In this document: positions 19,500-28,892 of the stretch, one piece after another
Numbering within the stretch: the first letter of the stretch is position 1
Layout: each line of letters begins with the position of its first letter
Assembly (NCBI GenBank): GCA_026417135.1
Contig: JAOADV010000012.1
Span: forward strand, 1,119 to 65,118
DNA from: Ignavibacteria bacterium
GTDB taxonomy: Bacteria > Bacteroidota > Ignavibacteria > Kapaibacteriales > UBA2268
Length of the DNA: 64,000 nucleotides
Direction: 5' to 3'
Made by a program: the position numbers and the translations under genes
The notes under the pieces: generated by a model
Database searches by the model: none
What the model was told of the DNA's origin: nothing
Seen by the model: only the letters and a program-made list of their open reading frames with translations

Positions 19500-20813
19500 T
19501 TAGTAAACTAAAATCTTCGACACAAATAAATTCTTTTGGTCGGAATCGGTAATCTGTAATATTACCATTTGTCTTTGTCCATTAGGGAAACTAATAGTAT
19601 TTGAGCCTTGATGTATATCGAAGTTTTTGAAGTTAAGTATTTTCTTCCCAAGTAAGTTGTAAATGTTGATGTTGCAATTTTCTATGCTTTTCGTCGCTAT
19701 AAGATTTATACTTTTGGTTTTAGGCTCGTAAAAAACTTGAAAATTTTCGTTGTTAGCATTGATAATATTTTCACTCGGAGTTTTCCTAAACGATTGTGCG
19801 TCGTCTCTTTCCATCCAAACATAAAACGAATCCTCGATGTAAAGCTTATCGAAATAGCGTGAATAAAGCGAATCGAAAAGTTGTCGATTGACCCAGTAGT
19901 TGTGGGGTGGCAAATCGTCGAATCTAATGGAACGATTCTCGCTGATAGCTAAACTATCAAGGAATTCAAGTAGTTTATTGAAATAAAGAGTTTCGAAAAT
20001 TTGGTAATCGAAATTGCATTTAAACCAGGGGATAATACAACTGCTTTCGTTGTGTTCGTAAAAGGTCGAAAGGGAGAACTTAGAAGGATAGGCGTAAAGC
20101 CACATTCCAAGCGGGGTTGGTCCAAAGCGTCGAGTAGAAATTCGAAGATAAACTTCTCGACCCGCAAATTCGTTAGGCAAGCTACGTTCTTGCATAATTC
20201 TTTTTGGATTTGTACCGTAAACGTTTGCAAAAATTGAACTGTGATTAGTCGAAATTCCGACGCTATCGAGCACAAAAAGGACTTGATTGTTCTGTGCATC
20301 AACAAGTTGGAGAACCCATTCGCTCGTATCCAAAATCACATTTGGAAATCCAACCCAAAACGGGGTGTTTTCTCCGTAATTTGCATTCGTTTCTTTCGGA
20401 GGATTCGAGGTGCAAGAAATGCCAGCGGTTAATTGTCTATAAAACATGAGTTTCGAATTTGGTTGGAAAATAAATGGCTTTGTCTTAGTTAAACGTGTTA
20501 AAATGGTATCTTCCCCAGTTGGTTCTTGTCCGATGATTTTCCAATCGCTTGTTGCAAACATTGGTTCAATATTTAAGTAAACTTTTTCGAGTTGACCGTT
20601 ATTTTCAACATAAAATTCACCAAAGGTTGCTTTTACAAAAACGGAATCAAAGATATTATAAAAAGTAAAATACCATAAAAATTTTGAATTTTCCTTTCCG
20701 ATACTTAACAATGCTTGCGAGTAATTGCAAGGTGGGCACTCTGCATACGAAATTTGATTACTTGTAAAAACAAAGAAGAGAGAAACCAAGAAATAATTTT
20801 TAAAAGCTTTCAT
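19500..20813 (-). CDS. Secreted hypothetical protein with T9SS-like C-terminal domain
   Basis: Signal peptide ending SYA; C-terminal IYNLLGKK...SKILVY; GGAGG upstream of the ATG. Confidence 0.75.
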   Translation of the reverse strand: MKAFKNYFLVSLFFVFTSNQISYAECPPCNYSQALLSIGKENSKFLWYFTFYNIFDSVFVKATFGEFYVENNGQLEKVYLNIEPMFATSDWKIIGQEPTGEDTILTRLTKTKPFIFQPNSKLMFYRQLTAGISCTSNPPKETNANYGENTPFWVGFPNVILDTSEWVLQLVDAQNNQVLFVLDSVGISTNHSSIFANVYGTNPKRIMQERSLPNEFAGREVYLRISTRRFGPTPLGMWLYAYPSKFSLSTFYEHNESSCIIPWFKCNFDYQIFETLYFNKLLEFLDSLAISENRSIRFDDLPPHNYWVNRQLFDSLYSRYFDKLYIEDSFYVWMERDDAQSFRKTPSENIINANNENFQVFYEPKTKSINLIATKSIENCNINIYNLLGKKILNFKNFDIHQGSNTISFPNGQRQMVILQITDSDQKNLFVSKILVY

Positions 20814-20855
20814 ATTCCCTCCGCTTTTAATATTTTACAATAGTCTAAATTTTTT

Positions 20856-21287
20856 CTATTTCAATTTGAATTTACAAAAGACTATTGCAAAGATTCCTCG
20901 ACAACTAAAATTCGAATATTCGGCGCATTTTGTTTGACAAATTCCAGTCGATTGGTTTGTAATTTCTACCGTAACAATTTCGGTTTCATCAAAATCGCAA
21001 CCACTTGTCGAATGAATATCAGAGAATCTGCGGCATAAATCAGCTTCGACTTGAACAATACCACAATGATATGTAACATAAGCTTGGTTTTCTTCTGGGT
21101 CTTTACACTCTATCTGGCATTCGATTGTGCAAATTGCTGTAGCAGGGAAACAAAAATATCTCAGAAAGCCGCCGGGTAATATTTGGCAACAATGTGATAT
21201 GCAAGGCTTCTGATTAGGTTTTTGGGTTAGGGCAAGTGCCCAACTAGACAAGAAAAAAAGCATCAACATTGATAAACTATACAACAT
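20856..21287 (-). CDS. Small secreted cysteine-rich protein
   Basis: Hydrophobic signal ending ALA, then 14 Cys in about 125 aa. Co-oriented with, and 42 nt upstream of, the T9SS cargo gene. Start is uncertain (21287 or 21338). Confidence 0.6.
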   Translation of the reverse strand: MLYSLSMLMLFFLSSWALALTQKPNQKPCISHCCQILPGGFLRYFCFPATAICTIECQIECKDPEENQAYVTYHCGIVQVEADLCRRFSDIHSTSGCDFDETEIVTVEITNQSTGICQTKCAEYSNFSCRGIFAIVFCKFKLK

Positions 21288-21707
21288 AAATTTGCATTTT
21301 AGGATTAACCTTAGTAATCTGACACAAAAAAATACCATAAATTATATACATAATTTGTCATTATTTTAATGATTTTTTTGTAGCAATTTGAACTACAAAA
21401 TTTATAAAACTTTCATAATGATGTGAAGCTTGTCTTGAAAGGGTAAAATAACGAAATTATTTTTTTGAAACTCTTTGCTCGGGTTTTATAAGTAAAAAAA
21501 AATGCTTGTTTGGTTTCGCTACATATTTATTGGTACAAGATTTTAAACCTTCAATTAGTTATATATATTGTGTTAATGCAGAAACGGAGATAATTAATTT
21601 TTAATAAAATCAATGTAGTTATATGACCTTAAAATTCAAATTGGTTATTCAAAATTTTTTTACTTTGTTCTTCAAATATTAAAAATCGAAAGATAGTTAA
21701 CTATTTA

Positions 21708-23849
21708 CTAAAATCTTAGAACTTTTTCGATAGCCTCGAGAATATCTTTTGTACTTGGTAATATGGCGTTTTCATATTCTTTTGCAAAGCCGACTGGGCA
21801 ATCTTTTGAACCAACCCTAAGGATTGGAGCATCGAGATAATTGAAAACATTCTCGACTATCCGAGCAGCAATTTCGCCACCAAACCCACCAGTTACTTTA
21901 TCTTCGTGTGCAATTACAACACGATTAGTTTTTTTAACCGACTCGAAGACAAGCTCTTGGTCCCAAGGAATTAAGGAACGTAGGTCTATTACTTCGACAG
22001 AAATTCCTTCTCCTTCTAATTCATTTGCAGCAAACAAAGCCAAATGCACTGCGGTCCCGTAGCTAACGACCGTTACATCGCTTCCAGAGCGACGAACTTT
22101 TGCTCTACCAAAAGGAACCATAAATTCGGGATGGGGTTTTGGTGCGAAAGCGTTTTTGAAATTGTAAAGGAACTTCGGTTCGAGATAAACTGTAACCCCA
22201 CGGGAACGTATAGCTGTTCTCATTAGACCCACAGCATCGTCGGCAAAAGCTGGGGTTACAATACGAATTCCGGGTAAGGTAACTAAACTACCTTCTATGT
22301 TCTGAGAATGATATAATCCACCTTGAATGTAACCACCGCTTGCCAGACGGATGACAATGTTTGGGGTGAATTGTCCCTTTGTACGCCAGTAATCGTGGGA
22401 ACATTCAACAAGTTGTTCCATTGCGGGCCAGAAATAATCGGCGAATTCTGCTCCTTCGACAACAACTCTTATATCGTCGCGATAACGACAGAATCCATTA
22501 GCAGTTCCGACAATATTATCTTCGGCAATGGGAGCATTGAAAACTCGTTCCTTCCCAAACATTTGTGGCATTCCCTTAACAACATTAAATACGCCACCTT
22601 TGCCAATGTCTTGCCCCCAAAGAAACGTGTTCGGATTTCGTTGAAATTCTTCAATTAGTGTTTGGTTAATAGCTTCACGTAATGATATCTGAGGTGAATC
22701 TGGTGGGGGGAGAAAACTTTCGGTGTCTGCATCTTTCGAAATGCAAGGCTCGGGAATAATAAATTTATTCCATTGGCTACCATCTGCGTTTGGCATCGAT
22801 TCGGCTTTGTCGGCTGCCTCGAATATTATTTTTTGATTTTCTTCTTCAATTTGTTTCAATTCTTCTTCTGTAGCAATTTGTTTATCGAGAATGTGGTAAC
22901 GGAATTGAAGCAATGGGTCGCGGCGCCTTACAGTTTCCAATTCCTCTGGCGTGCGATACAATTCGTGGTTATCGGAGTTAGAATGCGAGCCGATTCTATC
23001 GCAGTCGGCGTGTACAATAGCGAATCCTTCGCCGGTTTCGACCCAATCTATTGCTTGACGAAGAGCCCGATAAGAATCAAATGGGTCGCGGCCATCGCAA
23101 TTGAAAATCTTAAGGTTCTTTAATCCAGAAAAATTTTCAGCAACATTTGTGGTTGCCATTACATCGTTAAGTGGGACAGAAATTCCAAACTTGTTATTTT
23201 GAATTACAAAAACAACGGGTAATTTCTCGGCAGAAGCAGAATTTAGTGCTTCGAAAAAGTAGCCTTCTGCTGTTGCAGATTCTCCACAAGAACAGAAGAC
23301 AATTTCGTCGCCACCATATTTTTTTATTGCCCGTCCGAGCCCAGAGGCGTGTTGAGCGTGATTCCCCGTGCAAGACGATACATTTTGTATTCTTATCGAA
23401 GGCTTTGCAAAGTGATTGCTCATATGTCTGCCACCGCCAGCAACATCATCTTCTTTGCTCAATCCGTTTAAAATGATTTCATAGGGCGTAATACCAGCCG
23501 AAAGGCAAGTTAACATATCTCGGTAATAAGGAAAAAGAAAATCCTTGCTCGGACGAAAAACTTGCCCTAATGCAAGTTGAATTCCGTCGTGCCCTCCAAA
23601 AGGTGCGTGGTAGGACCATCCCTTAGCCATTTTCAAATAAAGGGCTGCTTTTTCGTCGAGCCTTCTACCAAGGTGGTTTAATTTATACCATTTCAATATA
23701 GTATCGCGGTCAAAATCCGAAAAATCGAACTTGCTGTATAGTTCAACTTCGCGTTCTTTCCCTTGAAATAAGATACGAGCTACTTTCGGGCTCCCATTCG
23801 AAGGCAAGCTCTTCTCCTCCGATTTTAATTTAAGTTTACTGTTTTTCAT
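21708..23849 (-). CDS. Fused 2-oxoacid (probably branched-chain) dehydrogenase E1 alpha/beta
   Basis: PYYRD, MSNH, GES..EG...QNN, HSNSD, GGLYHSQ and DLRSL.PWD motifs. ATG 23849 is preferred. Confidence 0.92.
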   Translation of the reverse strand: MKNSKLKLKSEEKSLPSNGSPKVARILFQGKEREVELYSKFDFSDFDRDTILKWYKLNHLGRRLDEKAALYLKMAKGWSYHAPFGGHDGIQLALGQVFRPSKDFLFPYYRDMLTCLSAGITPYEIILNGLSKEDDVAGGGRHMSNHFAKPSIRIQNVSSCTGNHAQHASGLGRAIKKYGGDEIVFCSCGESATAEGYFFEALNSASAEKLPVVFVIQNNKFGISVPLNDVMATTNVAENFSGLKNLKIFNCDGRDPFDSYRALRQAIDWVETGEGFAIVHADCDRIGSHSNSDNHELYRTPEELETVRRRDPLLQFRYHILDKQIATEEELKQIEEENQKIIFEAADKAESMPNADGSQWNKFIIPEPCISKDADTESFLPPPDSPQISLREAINQTLIEEFQRNPNTFLWGQDIGKGGVFNVVKGMPQMFGKERVFNAPIAEDNIVGTANGFCRYRDDIRVVVEGAEFADYFWPAMEQLVECSHDYWRTKGQFTPNIVIRLASGGYIQGGLYHSQNIEGSLVTLPGIRIVTPAFADDAVGLMRTAIRSRGVTVYLEPKFLYNFKNAFAPKPHPEFMVPFGRAKVRRSGSDVTVVSYGTAVHLALFAANELEGEGISVEVIDLRSLIPWDQELVFESVKKTNRVVIAHEDKVTGGFGGEIAARIVENVFNYLDAPILRVGSKDCPVGFAKEYENAILPSTKDILEAIEKVLRF

Positions 23850-23900
23850 ATTTATCTTGTTTTTTGAAACAAAAAATAGATTAGACGAACAAAGGAAGTT

Positions 23901-23908
23901 CAAATTTA
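23901..23908 (-). promoter_or_regulatory. -7 promoter element (TAAATTTG) for the E1 gene
   Basis: Matches TAnnTTTG. It overlaps the ORF-track start at 23903, which supports the downstream ATG. Confidence 0.45.
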
Positions 23909-24154
23909 AATAATAATCTGAAAAATTCGCAAATCTATTTAATTAGTCAAAAAATCACTGTTTACATTCACTTTTTATTTTATCTATAAAGTTGAAAAGG
24001 AATTCTTCCCTCGATAATTTTAACAAATAACAATTCCAACCTTTTTTGTTAACAAGTATCAAACTAAGATTAAGTCCAAAGACAAATGGCAAAATCGTTA
24101 AGTGTAGTTTTTTCAAAATTTTTTAAATTAAAGTTTAAAAATTGTGAAGCGAAT

Positions 24155-25771
24155 ATGAAGGTTAAAGTTTTTTTTGCCGTAATTGTGTATTTGATTTTAT
24201 CCAATTTTAGTTATGGGCAAAATATTCTCTGGTGGTTCGATACCTTCGATTCTTGCTTTGGGCAATCAGCTGGTGGCGATATCGATGGCGATGGTAAATT
24301 GGAGTTAATCTTTGGTTGCTATCGCAACGATAGTTCAATCTATGCATTGAATGCAGAAGACGGTTCCTTACTTTGGAAAGTAAACACATCGGTGAAAGGA
24401 TTCGAAGGCTGTAACGACGTTGCTCCATTGTTGTATGATATAACTGGAGATGAAATACCCGAAGTTATTGTGCCAAGTTCTTGTAATCCAAAAACATTTT
24501 GCTTCGATGGAAAAGATGGAAAGGTTATTTGGGAAACACAAACAAGAGGTTCAGATTCACCTCCAACAATTGGAGATATCGATGGCGATGGAAAACTTGA
24601 AATACTTCACGGAGAATTCAACGGGTATCTACTTTGTATCGACGCAAGGACGGGCGAACGAAAGTGGGAGATACTTGTTCAAAAGAACACTTGGATACAA
24701 ACAGCACCTACTCTTGTCGATTTAGACGACGATATGCTAAGCGACATTGTCGTTGCAACTTGGGCACTTTCCAAAGACGACACAAACCGAGTTTATGCAT
24801 TTCGGGGAAAGGACTTGCGTTTACTATGGAAAAAGGATATCGGGGGAACTGTTTATCACGGCACTGGAGTATTACATTTGAACAATGACCTAACCCCAGA
24901 CCTTCTCGTTGGCGATTATACTGGAACTTTGTATGCTATTAATGGCAAAACTGGAGAAACACTTTGGACCTTACACGATTCGAGATTTCATTACATTGGT
25001 AGCCCAGTCTCTATTGGGGATTTGGACGGTGATGCAAATTGTGATTTAGTTTTTACAAGTGCATTCGATGTTGTAGCTTTAACCAAAGGCGGTATTCAAA
25101 AATGGAAGTATACAATTCTTCAAGGAACATTTTCGTTTCGTGGAGTTGTCCTTTCCGATTTGACTGGCGATAATCTACCAGAGGTAATTTGTGCTACAAC
25201 GAATGGTAAGGTTATAGTTTTGGAAGGAAAAAATGGCAAATTACTTCACTCTATCGATTTACAAGAGCATATTGGAAAAGCTCTTAGTATAGACAATTGT
25301 CCGATAATTGCAGATTTCAACGGAGATGATGTGCTTGACATTTTTGTTGTCGGCGGGTACACTTTGTACCCAGATTTTTCGAAAAATTACGGTAGAGCTT
25401 ACGCAATTTCAATAAGCAAAGGGTTGGGACCCAATTGGTTAATGTTTCAAAACAACCCAAACAGAAATGGAAGTATTTGTCAAACCCCTTTAAGTATTCC
25501 CGAATCACATCAAGACAAAGCTTACACATTTGAGCTCGAGAACTTGCCCGACCAGATAAAACTACATTTCAAGAGTGATTTACAGAACATAACCGAAAAT
25601 TCAATAACAATTTTTAATATATTTGGTCAAGTCGTCTCGCAAAAGCTTTATACATTAAGATTTGGTAGAGATTATATTATGTTCGATGTCTCATTACTTC
25701 CAAAAGGATTATATAATATCAGATTTACCTTAGGGGAAAAATTCTCGAATGCTTTATTTACACGATGGTAA
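24155..25771 (+). CDS. FG-GAP/PQQ-like beta-propeller repeat protein with T9SS C-terminal domain
   Basis: Repeated P..GDIDGDG..E/D Ca-binding motifs alternating with G..TG...W; signal peptide; C-terminal FNIFGQ...LPKGLY. Confidence 0.85.
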   Translation: MKVKVFFAVIVYLILSNFSYGQNILWWFDTFDSCFGQSAGGDIDGDGKLELIFGCYRNDSSIYALNAEDGSLLWKVNTSVKGFEGCNDVAPLLYDITGDEIPEVIVPSSCNPKTFCFDGKDGKVIWETQTRGSDSPPTIGDIDGDGKLEILHGEFNGYLLCIDARTGERKWEILVQKNTWIQTAPTLVDLDDDMLSDIVVATWALSKDDTNRVYAFRGKDLRLLWKKDIGGTVYHGTGVLHLNNDLTPDLLVGDYTGTLYAINGKTGETLWTLHDSRFHYIGSPVSIGDLDGDANCDLVFTSAFDVVALTKGGIQKWKYTILQGTFSFRGVVLSDLTGDNLPEVICATTNGKVIVLEGKNGKLLHSIDLQEHIGKALSIDNCPIIADFNGDDVLDIFVVGGYTLYPDFSKNYGRAYAISISKGLGPNWLMFQNNPNRNGSICQTPLSIPESHQDKAYTFELENLPDQIKLHFKSDLQNITENSITIFNIFGQVVSQKLYTLRFGRDYIMFDVSLLPKGLYNIRFTLGEKFSNALFTRW

Positions 25772-25900
25772 AAATGTAATTACTTATAGAACATCATTTT
25801 TAAATAACAAGCGATAGCAAGGCTTATAAAACAAAACAACCACTGTCTGGAACTTCTTTGCGCTATTTTCTCTTCCCAAGCCCAAATCCCCCTCGCCGAA

Positions 25901-25982
25901 GTACCAAAAGCATTCCTGCTTTTGTAACGACGGCAAGGATGCCGTCGCTACTTCATTGCAGAGGCTGGGAAGCCTGTGCTAC
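25901..25982. repeat. REP/BIME-like three-hairpin element, copy 2
   Basis: GTAC-CAAAAGCA-TTCC-TGCTTTTG; CGACGGCA-AGGA-TGCCGTCG-CTAC; GCAGAGGCT-GGGA-AGCCTGTG-CTAC. Lies between convergent genes. Confidence 0.85.
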
Positions 25983-26028
25983 TAAGTATTTTTGCAAGTC
26001 GGAAAATTTTAAGAATTGTTGGTGCTTA

Positions 26029-27897
26029 TTATTTTCGTTCAAGTAGGAGGACGACTATATTCTCTGGAATTTTTCCATACAACTTTTCATATTCTGTAAC
26101 ATCTGTCTCGATGGTGCATTTTTCCTTGGGCAATAATAATTTACTATTAATTTGGACAAGAACTTTGTTTAATGTCGGTAGGTCGGATTTATTCTTCGAA
26201 AGAATTACAAGAGAGCGATAGAAATCGCGATAAACACTTAATTCGTTTAGAAATTGAAAGTAGCTTGAAGAAAATTCAAAATTTTTTGGTTCAACTATTA
26301 AGAAATTTCTTTCGAAGTTTCGTCCTTTGTATTTGATTTTGTTTCTAAGCTTCGTTTCGGAAACATTGACCAAAATTGGGTAGTTCGAAGTAAACTTTCG
26401 ATTTAATGTGTCGTATGCTGTTAAGTTAAGAAATAAAGTATCGATAAGTATGGCTTTTCCTAAACTATCGGGGGAAAGCTCAACTCTTAGAAATTCGCTC
26501 GGATTGCTACCCTTTCGTTGAATCATTGTCCCTTGGATATGAAAAAACCAATGGGATAATAATTCAGATGGCCTAACTAAAATGGATATTTCTAATGCAG
26601 TAGGTTCGATTATATAGTTGTGGGTAAAAATCTTGATTGGTTCGAAAAGGCTGGTATCTTCGGAATAGAAACTCAAAGTATTAGAACTTTTAGGGTTGAA
26701 AATGATTTGATTAGAAAAGTTAGAATCTTCAATTTGATTGATTAGGTAAGTTAGTTTTTCATAAAGTGAAGGATTTGAGGTATCGAAGGAAATTACAACC
26801 TTAGCTTTGCGAGTTTTCAGTCTTTCGGATAAAGTCGCAAAGGTCAATTCCAAAATTTTTTTTGGGTAAAATTCTCTGGAATCTGCCGAAGTAGCTCGCT
26901 GATGCGAATTTTCGACTTCTGTATCCAAGTCGAGAGTTTGTGGGAACTGCAACAAGTCGTATTTGGTTTCGAGTTCTACGCTCAAAAAAGGGATTTGTGT
27001 TGCCAAAGAAAGTTCTAAAGGACGAACGGTGAAATTTATCTCGGTTATCGCTGGGACTTTTCTTGCTAAATACAAGTCGAGACCACCTACTCCTTCGGGT
27101 CTGTCCGAAGCGAAGATAGCAGTAGTATCATCTATTAAAGCAAAGTCAGATTCATTGAATCTTGTATTGAGTGTTGTCAAGGGCATTGGTTTTCCCCACT
27201 TGTGGCCCCGACGAACAGAAAAGAATAAGTCGAACCCGCCCGGACCACCATAGCCATCGCTTGCAAAATAAAGAGTATCGCTGCCGACAAAAAAAGGTGT
27301 AATTTCGTTTCCTTCCGTATTTAGTTCTTCGATTTTCGAAACGACGGACCACGCACCGTTATCTAATTTGAATGCAACGAATAGGTCGAGATTTCCGTTC
27401 GAGGCACCAGCGTCGGACGAGAAAATGAGTTCTCTGCCGTTTGGAGAAATGCTGGGATGCAAAACGAAACACTCGCATTGTAAACTATCTAACAATACTG
27501 GACTTTGCCATTGTCCCGTACGCCTTTGAGTGTGAAAGATATTTAAAAAAGCTTGACGTTTTCCAATACGAAAAGAATTCACAAGTGCTTCGGTTTCTGA
27601 AATAAAGGTTATATAAGATACTCCTCTGTTAGTACGGTTTAGCGGGTCAGCGAGCTCAATTGGATTGTCGAAAATATATCTCTCTTTAAGTTTTGAAGTA
27701 AAAAATTTCGATTTCCCATCTTTTAAGCTTGTAAAATATAGTCGGTTATCATACTGATTCCATTGAGGTGCAAAATCATCTTTGCGAGAGTTTAGATTTC
27801 GCACATTATCGATTACTATCCAATTGTAATCTTCCCCTAATATATTGAAATTTAGAAGTAAAAAGAAAACGGCGGGTATTAGAAAATGTTTCATCAA
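26029..27897 (-). CDS. Exported PD40 (TolB-like beta-propeller) repeat protein
   Basis: Signal peptide; repeats PSISPNGRELIFSSD, LYFASDGYGGPGGFDL and FASDRPEGVGGLDLY. Confidence 0.8.
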   Translation of the reverse strand: MMKHFLIPAVFFLLLNFNILGEDYNWIVIDNVRNLNSRKDDFAPQWNQYDNRLYFTSLKDGKSKFFTSKLKERYIFDNPIELADPLNRTNRGVSYITFISETEALVNSFRIGKRQAFLNIFHTQRRTGQWQSPVLLDSLQCECFVLHPSISPNGRELIFSSDAGASNGNLDLFVAFKLDNGAWSVVSKIEELNTEGNEITPFFVGSDTLYFASDGYGGPGGFDLFFSVRRGHKWGKPMPLTTLNTRFNESDFALIDDTTAIFASDRPEGVGGLDLYLARKVPAITEINFTVRPLELSLATQIPFLSVELETKYDLLQFPQTLDLDTEVENSHQRATSADSREFYPKKILELTFATLSERLKTRKAKVVISFDTSNPSLYEKLTYLINQIEDSNFSNQIIFNPKSSNTLSFYSEDTSLFEPIKIFTHNYIIEPTALEISILVRPSELLSHWFFHIQGTMIQRKGSNPSEFLRVELSPDSLGKAILIDTLFLNLTAYDTLNRKFTSNYPILVNVSETKLRNKIKYKGRNFERNFLIVEPKNFEFSSSYFQFLNELSVYRDFYRSLVILSKNKSDLPTLNKVLVQINSKLLLPKEKCTIETDVTEYEKLYGKIPENIVVLLLERK

Positions 27898-28586
27898 TCC
27901 ATCAATAAGTTACGAACGTCGCTTTCTTTTCCAAAAAGGACCATAATCGTACCTTCCGAAAAGATGGTTTCTCCGGTTGGGACCCCAAGTACTTCGTATT
28001 CTTCGTGTTCGCCAAGAGTAAGCAAGCCGCCGGAGCGTTTGAAGGTTTTAAGTGTAATTAAGTTTAAATTGTATTTTTTTCGTAAATCGAGTTGGCTTAA
28101 AGTCTTGTTGTAAAACTTTTCTGGGGTAGGTATTTCAAATATTCCATATTCTTCGCTAATCAAAAAGCTTTGAAGGACGCCGGGCAGCATAAGCCTTGTA
28201 GCAAATTGCTCCGCTGCTTCTACTTCTGGTAGAAGCAAACCAGTTACGTTCATCAGTTTAAGTAGTCGTTCGTGAATTGGAGAAGTAACTCGATTGAAAA
28301 TCGTTTTAACCCCAATTTCTTGAAGTATGGCAGTTGTAAGAACCGAGCTTTCGAAACCTTCGCCAATAGCTACAATTACAGCATCCATTTCTTGCAAACC
28401 AAGACTGCGGAGTGTCCTTTCGTCGGTTGAATTCATACATACAGCGTGGGTTACTCTGTCGCTAATTTCGTCTATTCTTTCTTGCCGGATATCTATGGCT
28501 AAGACTTCTGCGCCCAGTTCGCTTAACCGCAAGGCTAAATGAAAGCCAAAGTAGCCAAGCCCAATTACACAGAACTTCTTTCTCAT
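27894..28586 (-). CDS. TrkA/KtrA family K+ uptake regulatory subunit
   Basis: VIGLGYFG RCK-N motif, DAVIVAIG, and an RCK-C domain (LDLRKKYNLN). Confidence 0.92.
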   Translation of the reverse strand: MRKKFCVIGLGYFGFHLALRLSELGAEVLAIDIRQERIDEISDRVTHAVCMNSTDERTLRSLGLQEMDAVIVAIGEGFESSVLTTAILQEIGVKTIFNRVTSPIHERLLKLMNVTGLLLPEVEAAEQFATRLMLPGVLQSFLISEEYGIFEIPTPEKFYNKTLSQLDLRKKYNLNLITLKTFKRSGGLLTLGEHEEYEVLGVPTGETIFSEGTIMVLFGKESDVRNLLMD

Positions 28587-28606
28587 ATAATTTTTGTAAG
28601 AAAAAA

Positions 28607-28614
28607 CAAAATTA
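28607..28614 (-). promoter_or_regulatory. -7 promoter element (TAATTTTG) for the trkA-like gene
   Basis: Matches TAnnTTTG, 20 nt upstream of the ATG. Confidence 0.5.
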
Positions 28615-28677
28615 GTAAATGTTAAGCAATATTTATATTTTTAAATCGATTACTACTTTTTAATTCTTTTGGTTGTT

Positions 28678-28890
28678 ATGTCTGTTAAAATTTCGCAATC
28701 GACAGATTTCTATGACTACGAAATACTTGTTCGCCGTCGTGGTGAAAACGACTATGCTTCTTACTGTCCCCAGCTTAATTTAATGATAAACGGGACCGAA
28801 CACGAGCAGGTTGTCATTCTTATGCGTAACCGGATTGTCGAACATATTAACTTGCTAAAAAAGCAACACGAACAAGAAGACTTAAAGTAA
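28678..28890 (+). CDS. Small protein with HicB-like N-terminal fold
   Basis: YEILV...DYASYCPQL....GT..+helix resembles the HicB pattern Y.v.i...gy.a..PdL.g..t.G.T.eea. Its stop is 2 nt before the next ATG. Confidence 0.6.
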   Translation: MSVKISQSTDFYDYEILVRRRGENDYASYCPQLNLMINGTEHEQVVILMRNRIVEHINLLKKQHEQEDLK

Positions 28891-28892
28891 TT

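Noticed and set aside
25858-26046. 62-aa ORF containing ARMPSLL...GWEACAT
   Set aside because: It is a translation of the REP-like palindromes, a typical spurious ORF.
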